IMG/VR virus record: IMGVR_UViG_3300020172_001405
Coordinates: 1 to 64,000 of that record
DNA length: 64,000 nucleotides
Strand: one strand, 5' to 3'
From: a virus
This document shows, in pieces, positions 8,823-15,530 of this stretch. The first letter of the stretch is position 1. Every line of letters begins with the position of its first letter. Below the pieces are notes generated by a model. It ran no database searches and was not told where the DNA came from. It saw nothing but the letters and a program-made list of their open reading frames with translations. Position numbers and translations under genes: made by a program.

Positions 8823-8904
8823 AAGATACATAGGTTGCGGAGTGCCCGCGTAAAGATAGTCCTGTGTATCTCTCACCCTCTATCTGAGGGTAATAACTAG
8901 GAGG
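8819..8904 (+). promoter_or_regulatory. Structured leader motif, copy 2
   Basis: Same architecture as 8078-8180 with six compensatory pair changes. Confidence 0.7.
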
Positions 8905-8910
8905 AATAAA

Positions 8911-9114
8911 ATGGAAAAAGAATGCGCAGTAATTCACTGCACCAATACCAATCTCGTGTACTCAGGTACTGATGCTCTTCAATTAGGCGGTATCCCCACC
9001 GAAAAGTATTGCCGTCCCTGTGCAATCGCTTACACAGTGATCAAAGAAGCAATGAAACCCCAATTGCCCCCTACCGCAGTGTCCCCTAATAGCACAGCGT
9101 CTACCTTTGCCTAA
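8911..9114 (+). CDS. Small Cys-rich hypothetical protein
   Basis: CAVIHC...CRPC; SD AGGAGG. Confidence 0.65.
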   Translation: MEKECAVIHCTNTNLVYSGTDALQLGGIPTEKYCRPCAIAYTVIKEAMKPQLPPTAVSPNSTASTFA

Positions 9115-9413
9115 TGGGCACCAACACAAACACGCCCACCTACGCCAACATCTGCGCCCGATTGCGCTATGTGCGACAACTCAAAGGGTGGACGCTTGAT
9201 GAAGCAGCAGCTAAGTCTAATGGCAAGCACAAAGCCAATGTAATCGGTTCCTATGAACGCGGACAGCGGTCAATCTCAGTCAGGAAACTGATTGAGTTGG
9301 CACGCCTGTACGATGTGCCTATTACCGAATTCTTTGGCATCCCCGACCAAAATGATAAGTCACAGGCTCTCATTGACCTGTTGATTGACCGACTACACGC
9401 ACAGAAGGGATAA
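9114..9413 (+). CDS. XRE-family HTH regulator resembling the BldD DNA-binding domain
   Basis: RLRYVRQLKGWTLDEAAAKSNGKHKANVIGSYERGQRSISVRKLIELARLYDVP matches the BldD N-domain pattern KSxGxxKAxVxGSYERGxR. Confidence 0.8.
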   Translation: MGTNTNTPTYANICARLRYVRQLKGWTLDEAAAKSNGKHKANVIGSYERGQRSISVRKLIELARLYDVPITEFFGIPDQNDKSQALIDLLIDRLHAQKG

Positions 9414-9415
9414 CA

Positions 9416-9646
9416 ATGGACAGACCAATACAGATTGGCAGAGATCAAGTCAATCATTACAACATCTCCACCATCTTTCTAGGTGAAGACTATCAACCAC
9501 GCCCATACGAGACTATGGTCTTTGAGAACGAGGTGTCTATTTACGAAGCACGCTATGAATCAGAGTGGGAAGCAAAGATTGGACATCTACACGCCATTTA
9601 TCTAGCGCGTAATGACAAGTTCCTTCCCCGCGAGTCGCGCTGCTAA
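9416..9646 (+). CDS. Hypothetical phage protein
   Basis: ISTIFLG...YETMVF...RYESEWEAKIGH, phage-type small protein. Confidence 0.65.
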   Translation: MDRPIQIGRDQVNHYNISTIFLGEDYQPRPYETMVFENEVSIYEARYESEWEAKIGHLHAIYLARNDKFLPRESRC

Positions 9647-9661
9647 TAGCGCGACAGTTTT

Positions 9662-9904
9662 AAATGGATAGAGGAAGGCAGAGATAGGGTCTGAGCATCT
9701 CTACCTGATTCTGCAAGCTGCGTTTCAGGTTCTCCGCCACGTATGTATACAAATGGAAAGTGAGTCCTGTGGGTAAATGTTAAGAGAGAATGTGCCTGCT
9801 TGTGCGTGTTAGTCCATGAGAAGGTTACGCAATGCATTGCGTCTACTTCTTTGATACGTGAAACCGATTCGTTACAGCCTATCTCTGTCTTCCCCTGCCC
9901 ATTT
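9662..9904 (+). ncRNA. Putative structured ncRNA E1 (243 nt, 27-position closing helix)
   Basis: 9662-9688 pairs with 9878-9904 (2 mismatches); no credible plus-strand gene inside. Confidence 0.55.
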
Positions 9905-9929
9905 GGACAGGACAACAAGGGAGGGTAAA

Positions 9930-10157
9930 ATGACAAAAGAAACCTTAACGATTACTATCGCTAAGACTGTTCTCTATAAGCATGAGGATACTCATGTTAA
10001 AACAGATGGTGAGTATAGTTGGATTCGATTCAGCAATACATCTAGCTGTCCATTCTGTATCGCAAAGGCAATCCCAATGATTGAGGATAAGAACGACACT
10101 CTTTCATTGGCCCACTACATCAGTGCTAATGCAAAAGCATTAGTCGCTGCTAACTAA
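9930..10157 (+). CDS. Hypothetical protein (CPFC motif)
   Basis: SD GGGAGG; start reassigned to MTKET. Confidence 0.6.
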   Translation: MTKETLTITIAKTVLYKHEDTHVKTDGEYSWIRFSNTSSCPFCIAKAIPMIEDKNDTLSLAHYISANAKALVAAN

Positions 10158-10168
10158 GGAGGCAAATC

Positions 10169-10429
10169 ATGGAAGGTGAGATCATCTTTTACAATGGGTT
10201 CAACCTATTGGTTGACCTAATCATTGCGGGTGCTGTGTTCTACTTCACCCGTCGCTTTATGTACCGAGCAGGGTGGCACGATGGGTACACAGATGGTCTG
10301 TCTGATGTTCAAGACGGACTTGTATACCTTGAGGAACGAGATGGTGTGCTTGAATGGATACCAAACATCGCCCCAACACAAACAACCCCCGACCGCCCCG
10401 CTTTATTCATCGTACCTGAGGCTAACTAA
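10169..10429 (+). CDS. Small membrane protein
   Basis: SD AAGGAGG; N-terminal hydrophobic helix. Confidence 0.65.
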   Translation: MEGEIIFYNGFNLLVDLIIAGAVFYFTRRFMYRAGWHDGYTDGLSDVQDGLVYLEERDGVLEWIPNIAPTQTTPDRPALFIVPEAN

Positions 10430-10671
10430 TGATTAGCAAGAATGGCATACCAGATGACGAACTCTATGTCATCAAAGTATATGAAGACGGTACACACGGC
10501 AAGGCAAACTATTTCGAATACAACAATGCCCTAGACGCAGTTAATGCGTTTAATAAATTCGTTGATCTTGGCGATGCCAAAGATACACGAGCTGTCTATC
10601 TAATTGAACCCAACGAGAAAATACACACGCGTATGTTCATGCGTGGTGAGAAAGGAGTTCTTAAATGTTAA
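10429..10671 (+). CDS. Hypothetical protein
   Basis: TAATG-coupled ORF. Confidence 0.65.
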   Translation: MISKNGIPDDELYVIKVYEDGTHGKANYFEYNNALDAVNAFNKFVDLGDAKDTRAVYLIEPNEKIHTRMFMRGEKGVLKC

Positions 10672-10904
10672 AGCGTAAAACTATACTCGTATCAATCTAT
10701 TACTACAATGACGAACCAAAGTTAGAACTAGAAGACGATTGGCATCCCGATTGGTTATTCCTCAATGATGGCATTGAAAGCCTACTCAAAGAGCACAACC
10801 CAGATACAGAAATCTTTGATGTCTGTATTGATCAAACAAAGCCTTGGCTATTCCGTCATAGCAGATGGTGGACCAAGTACCTATTCAAAGCATTAAGGAA
10901 GTAA
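10665..10904 (+). CDS. Hypothetical protein
   Basis: SD AAGGAG; overlapping ORF. Confidence 0.6.
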   Translation: MLKRKTILVSIYYYNDEPKLELEDDWHPDWLFLNDGIESLLKEHNPDTEIFDVCIDQTKPWLFRHSRWWTKYLFKALRK

Positions 10905-11017
10905 GATGACTAAATTACTATGCAAGATGTATAACCATTACAAATGGTGGTCAATTTGGTGGATAATTCCTGGTATTAACAAGATGTTTTATAAGTTACA
11001 CGACAAGAGGTGTCCAG

Positions 11018-11335
11018 ATGGAAAATGAAGAAACCCAAACCATAGGTAAATATATTCCTGATGATAAAGGTGGCTTTGTATGGACCGAGTTTGATATAGA
11101 GCCGTGCAAAGTGTGTCATCGCAATGCATTCTCTTGTGAGTGTCCGTGCACTTGCACTGACAAAACGTGTGACGAATACCATAAGCACGAATACGAAATA
11201 CAAGGCAGTTATGGCTATGGTTGGGAGCGCCTCACAACAGAGGAGACCTTAGCCGATGCAAATGCTCAATTGGCTACCTATCGAGCCAATGAAAGCATCC
11301 CTCTACGAATTAAGCGAGTAAGAATCACAATCTAA
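11018..11335 (+). CDS. Cys-rich hypothetical protein carrying a 14-aa segment copied from the MoxR ATPase
   Basis: SD GAGG; IGKYIPDDKGGFVW; CKVC...CECPCTC. Confidence 0.65.
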   Translation: MENEETQTIGKYIPDDKGGFVWTEFDIEPCKVCHRNAFSCECPCTCTDKTCDEYHKHEYEIQGSYGYGWERLTTEETLADANAQLATYRANESIPLRIKRVRITI

Positions 11336-11345
11336 TTGGATTCTC

Positions 11346-11419
11346 GCGCTGTTAGCTCAGTTGGTTAGAGCCCCGAACTCATAATTCGGTCGTCGTAGGT
11401 TCAAGTCCTACACAGCGCA
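11346..11419 (+). tRNA. tRNA with CAT anticodon (elongator Met or Ile2), no encoded CCA
   Basis: Acceptor GCGCTGT/ACAGCGC, D arm GCTC/GAGC, anticodon arm CCGAA-CTCATAA-TTCGG, T arm GTAGG-TTCAAGT-CCTAC. Confidence 0.93.
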
Positions 11420-11505
11420 CGACACACTTCAAGAGGAGGGAGTGTCTTTGGTCTGACAAGACCTAAGGTAAAACATGGCCCGCGAGCATCGGGGTATACC
11501 TGCTA

Positions 11506-11538
11506 CCTGTCCTGAGCATGACAAGGATAAACGGCTCA
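11506..11538 (+). ncRNA. Compact H-type pseudoknot in a 5' leader
   Basis: S1 TGTC/GACA, S2 TGAGC/GCTCA, A-rich loop 3. Confidence 0.5.
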
Positions 11539-11572
11539 ACACAAACAAACCCGACACACAGAAAGGCAAACT

Positions 11573-12076
11573 ATGTCAAAAACAAATACGCTAAAAGTTC
11601 GGCGTGTTGATCTTCTTGAACAACTTGAAGAACGATTTGCCTCTATGACTATGGAGAAAGAAAAATATGACAAGCTCAAAGTTCTATACAAAGATGCCTG
11701 TGATAAATACTTCAAAGAAGTAGAGAAATGGGAGGCGCGTATACCCGACTTCTTAGAAGGTGCGGTGCGTGGCTCAGCAATAGAGTTTAATAGGCGTTCA
11801 AACAGGTATTCGCGCTACTCGTATTCTTTAGGCGAGACGTGGGAAGCAAGTGTTAACGTGTGCTTCACTCGTGAAGATTTAGAGAAGCATCTTGGTCCTA
11901 TGCCTGAGAAGCCTGAACAACCCGACACGCCTTCGTTCTTGTGTGAACGAGGCGGCTACAAATACAATCAACCATCGCTATATCAATCAGTTTATCAAGC
12001 AATTCAGTTGTTAAATATATCAGATGATGAGACTGTCTCAGCATCTACTTATCAATCAGCATTGGAGGTGTTGTAA
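11573..12076 (+). CDS. Hypothetical protein
   Basis: 167 aa, SD GAAAGG. Confidence 0.75.
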   Translation: MSKTNTLKVRRVDLLEQLEERFASMTMEKEKYDKLKVLYKDACDKYFKEVEKWEARIPDFLEGAVRGSAIEFNRRSNRYSRYSYSLGETWEASVNVCFTREDLEKHLGPMPEKPEQPDTPSFLCERGGYKYNQPSLYQSVYQAIQLLNISDDETVSASTYQSALEVL

Positions 12077-12618
12077 TGGAAATAGAACTAGATGGTGTTC
12101 GTTGCTACTCTAGCCTCAGCCTAACCTTAACGTTTAAGAAGTGGGTAATAGTAGGCAAGCATAAGAATGAAGACAGACCATTCCGTGTAGATAGACTGGA
12201 TGTTCATTGGGAACCCAGTGTAGATCTAGCATACATCCCACCACACATTAGCATTAACGGGGTGTGGGCCCAAAAAGGTGGTTACAAATGGGGAACACGA
12301 GGTAGTAGTTTCCCAGGTTGGTACGGTGGCGGTGGCCAAGAGTCAATGTCATTTGAGACATTGCCCTCAAGCATTAAAGTATTCATTTATAACACCGTTA
12401 TAAAAGAGACACTAGCATTTGCTGGTGCCTTAGCCCAACAGCTATCATTACTAACTAAAAACAAAGAGTTTATAGTTAATCCAGACCACGTAACAGCTGC
12501 ATTAAATGGTAGCGGAGCATTCCTCCCATCTATAAAACCATCATCATTGTATGCGCCATCTAAATGGGAGAACATGGATGTATCTAAATGGTCAGTAGCA
12601 CGAAAAGAAATAAAATAA
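12076..12618 (+). CDS. Hypothetical protein
   Basis: 180 aa, SD GGAGG, TAATG coupling. Confidence 0.7.
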   Translation: MEIELDGVRCYSSLSLTLTFKKWVIVGKHKNEDRPFRVDRLDVHWEPSVDLAYIPPHISINGVWAQKGGYKWGTRGSSFPGWYGGGGQESMSFETLPSSIKVFIYNTVIKETLAFAGALAQQLSLLTKNKEFIVNPDHVTAALNGSGAFLPSIKPSSLYAPSKWENMDVSKWSVARKEIK

Positions 12619-12653
12619 TTCCCCCTCCGTTAAATACGACGGGGATACCCAAA

Positions 12654-12749
12654 GTTCATATGTGATTGGCCGGTGGGGCCTCCATGGTCGAGGTCCGGTA
12701 ACGGAGCATGCTGTACGAGTGTGCCTTGAGAAACGTAGCACATATGAAC
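12654..12749 (+). ncRNA. Branched RNA domain with perfect 11-bp closing stem
   Basis: GTTCATATGTG/CACATATGAAC enclosing two hairpins. Confidence 0.45.
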
Positions 12750-12751
12750 CT

Positions 12752-12850
12752 GCCTGTGGAAGGACCAAGAGTTACACGATAGGTATACCGTTCGACGAAC
12801 TATGCAACTTATCCTCGTAATTCCGGAGGGTGCAAATCCCTTCACAGGCG
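12752..12850 (+). ncRNA. tRNA-like RNA (acceptor + T arm, no D stem, one long arm)
   Basis: GCCTGTG/CACAGGC; GAGGG-TGCAAAT-CCCTT; arm GAGTTAC/GTAATTC plus GATAGGT/ACTTATC. Confidence 0.6.
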
Positions 12851-12851
12851 C

Positions 12852-13090
12852 GTTGGGGCAGAGGCATAATGATTAGCCAATCTGCGTAGGTATCCCATGG
12901 GGAGACTATTCCTACTGAGTAACTAATCAAAACTATTGAGCCAGATCCAACTTCATGAATCGGTACTGCTGGTGTTGCAGCGCTCTGCAAGGAGCTAAGT
13001 CTGAGACGGATTCGTACAGCGTGACTGTGCATCCAATGTCAAAGCGAGATTCTATCTCAGGTGCGGTGATGTAGGCGCCTCTGTCCCAAC
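12852..13090 (+). ncRNA. Putative structured ncRNA E2 (239 nt, 14-bp closing helix)
   Basis: GTTGGGGCAGAGGC pairs with GCCTCTGTCCCAAC; several internal hairpins. Confidence 0.55.
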
Positions 13091-13117
13091 ACAAACAAAC
13101 TCAACATAGGAGGTTAT

Positions 13118-13411
13118 ATGCCAGTACCAGCAGCTTTACCTAAACCAATCATGGATAACTGGAAATGGCAAGAGGAAGGCCTGTGTCGCTTCGAAAGCCC
13201 CGACCTTTTCTTTTACGATGACAATGAACGCGGTGAAACAAGAGCCGCGAGAGACGAATTAGCCATATCTATATGTAATAGATGTCCAGTATTAAATACC
13301 TGTCTTGAACACGCCCTCACAGTGCCAGAAAGACACGGCATATGGGGCGGCAAGACACAGAACGAACTAGAGATATTGATTCGTAAGCGGAAACGTTCAG
13401 CGAATCGATAG
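13118..13411 (+). CDS. whiB: WhiB-family Fe-S transcription factor, WhiB3/WhiD-like
   Basis: WKWQEEGLCR...LFF..NERG..RAARDELAISICNRCPVLNTCLEHAL..GIWGG. Confidence 0.92.
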   Translation: MPVPAALPKPIMDNWKWQEEGLCRFESPDLFFYDDNERGETRAARDELAISICNRCPVLNTCLEHALTVPERHGIWGGKTQNELEILIRKRKRSANR

Positions 13412-13460
13412 TAAACACGGGAGTGGGAGTTACTAGGTAACGAAAAGTCCCCTCGTTTGC

Positions 13461-13745
13461 TTGAGGCACGGCAGAACGCAGTAGGTTTATTATTTAACCG
13501 CTATATTGCTGTAACCCAATAGAATTAGTATTATCACTGTGCGTTATGTGATCTTCTTGTTCAGCGACATACGAATAAAACGAAAGTGCACGCTAGCTAT
13601 AGCCAAAAAACGTTTTAATTTGTATAGGTACTGTCCGAAGATGGACGACAATACCACATAAGAAAATGTGAGGGTCCTAGATGTATATCGATGTGCATCG
13701 ACGCGTATATGTTCTATTCGATAAATAACTGTGTTCTGTTCTCAA
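13461..13745 (+). ncRNA. Putative structured ncRNA E3 (285 nt)
   Basis: GGCAGAACGCAGT (13470-13482) pairs with ACTGTGTTCTGTT (13728-13740), plus TTGAG/CTCAA. Confidence 0.45.
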
Positions 13746-13746
13746 A

Positions 13747-13792
13747 CCCTCAAGCCATAGCATGTCAGACTAACGGTGCTATGGCTTGAGGG
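13747..13792 (+). promoter_or_regulatory. Perfect 16-bp hairpin upstream of SD
   Basis: CCCTCAAGCCATAGCA/TGCTATGGCTTGAGGG. Confidence 0.6.
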
Positions 13793-13813
13793 CTCATAAC
13801 TATAGGAGGAAGC

Positions 13814-14005
13814 ATGGATCCATTTGAAGAAGCAGAAAAGATAAGGTACATTGAAGAACAATGTGACTCAGCAAAACAGATCATAGAAGCAGCATCAGAA
13901 GACACAGTGCTATTAGAACTAATATCCGAATGGACTAAAGCAAAGATAACTTCATACGAGATGACAGTCATAGCACGTAACAACTACTTAAAAGACGAAG
14001 ACTAA
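13814..14005 (+). CDS. Small acidic helical protein
   Basis: SD AGGAGG. Confidence 0.65.
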   Translation: MDPFEEAEKIRYIEEQCDSAKQIIEAASEDTVLLELISEWTKAKITSYEMTVIARNNYLKDED

Positions 14006-14012
14006 CTTCCCG

Positions 14013-14053
14013 GCGTGAGTGGCACACTTTGAGGTTCGAGTCCTCTGCACGCA
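14013..14053 (+). ncRNA. tRNA minihelix or degenerate tRNA remnant
   Basis: GAGG-TTCGAGT-CCTC canonical T arm flanked by GCGTG/CACGC. Confidence 0.4.
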
Positions 14054-14111
14054 CGGCGGGTGACTACATTGGGTAGTTGCCTTAGCTATAAAGAAAGTGG
14101 AAGGACAGATT

Positions 14112-15521
14112 ATGAAAATAGCTGTTTTCGTAGAAACGTATACGCCGACTATGGGAGCTGATCATCGTCAAGTGATGATGATTCCTCATAACGATACAGT
14201 ACGAGTCTTTTCTCGTTTAAGCGATGGCAATAAAGGTTATGGCAATCGCTGGGACGAATCAGACATCGAAACTGTTGTGAACGCTATGGACCCAAGTGAA
14301 ACCATCACTTGTATTCCATCAGGTGTTCGACTCACTGCTAAAGATATTGAGGCGCTTGACCTTAAAGGTTACGCACCAGTCCTCATGACTAAAGCGGTCA
14401 ACGCACACCTTAAAGCGCAACCGTTTGATGAAGAGACAGACGCTGCAGAGCGTATCTGTGCCCTTTATCAAGACGTATCTGTTCAGAGTTCTAGCCTTGA
14501 AGATCTAATTATTGATCTTCGTAGCCAGACTCCGGCATCACCGTTCCTTCCGCAGTCTGCTCCAACACAAACATCCACGGCCAATAACCTTGATGAACTA
14601 CCTCGCGTAGCTCTCGCAAGTATCCCCCCAATGGATCGCGCTAAAGCCTATATCAGTCGTGACATCGTAGGTATTCAAGACCTCGAAGTTTACGACAAGG
14701 CTCGCGCTAACAAGTTTGATGTGCTTATCTACGGGCCAACCGGTCCAGGTAAGACATCATCCGTAGTTGCATGGGCTGCATCACGGAAGCTACGTATGGC
14801 AACTGTATCTGGTAACGCTGCACTCGAACCAAGCCAACTCATCGGTAAGTATATTCCTGATGGCAAAGGTGGCTTTGTATGGATTGACGGCCCAGTAACA
14901 GACGTTGTACGTAATGGCGGTGTTCTATGTCTTGATGAGGTTAACTTCATCAGTCCTAAGATCTATACCGTTCTGTATTCGTTGCTTGATGACCGCCGTT
15001 GTTTAATTCTTCTCGACCATATGGGCGAGACTGTAGAGGCTCATCCAGACCTCACAATCTTTGCGACTATGAATCCAAACTACATTGGTACTACACCTCT
15101 GAACTTTGCATTCCGTAATCGCTATGTCGTACAAATCCCTTGGGACTATGACGACAAGGTCGAAGACAAGCTTGTGAAGTCACAAGCACTCAAGATTCTA
15201 AAGAATCAGTTGCGTGCTGAGGCTAACAAGGGTGAGTTCGAGACACCAATCTCAACTAACATGCTGATGGAGTTTGAAAAGCTCGTTAAGGTGTTCAGCT
15301 TTGAGTTTGCAGTTGAGAACTTCATTGCTCACTTCGAACTAGAAGAACAAGACAAGGTACGACTTGTATTTACTACACATGAATACAATCTGAAGTCTGA
15401 CTTTGATTTAGTGGAAACATCAGATCAAGACAAGGGTGATGACAGTACTGGCCTCGGAGAGAATATTGTCACCGAGGTTGAGAACTGGTTGACATCAAAC
15501 AACACTCCAACTAATCCATAA
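14112..15521 (+). CDS. MoxR/CbbQ-family AAA+ ATPase with N-terminal extension
   Basis: Walker A GPTGPGKT, WIDGPV, Walker B LCLDEVN, ATMNP, FRNRY. Confidence 0.9.
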   Translation: MKIAVFVETYTPTMGADHRQVMMIPHNDTVRVFSRLSDGNKGYGNRWDESDIETVVNAMDPSETITCIPSGVRLTAKDIEALDLKGYAPVLMTKAVNAHLKAQPFDEETDAAERICALYQDVSVQSSSLEDLIIDLRSQTPASPFLPQSAPTQTSTANNLDELPRVALASIPPMDRAKAYISRDIVGIQDLEVYDKARANKFDVLIYGPTGPGKTSSVVAWAASRKLRMATVSGNAALEPSQLIGKYIPDGKGGFVWIDGPVTDVVRNGGVLCLDEVNFISPKIYTVLYSLLDDRRCLILLDHMGETVEAHPDLTIFATMNPNYIGTTPLNFAFRNRYVVQIPWDYDDKVEDKLVKSQALKILKNQLRAEANKGEFETPISTNMLMEFEKLVKVFSFEFAVENFIAHFELEEQDKVRLVFTTHEYNLKSDFDLVETSDQDKGDDSTGLGENIVTEVENWLTSNNTPTNP

Positions 15522-15530
15522 GGAGTAATC

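Noticed and set aside
9689-9877. Hammerhead ribozyme in E1 (CTGA and GAAAC present)
   Set aside because: No CUGANGA core with properly arranged stems could be built by eye
12752-13090. True tmRNA
   Set aside because: Acceptor closes after 98 nt, no G3-U70, no tag reading frame found
11042-14883. Diversity-generating retroelement TR/VR pair (3 of 4 mismatches at A)
   Set aside because: Only 43 nt, one mismatch is not at A, lies in a conserved ATPase core, and no reverse transcriptase in the window
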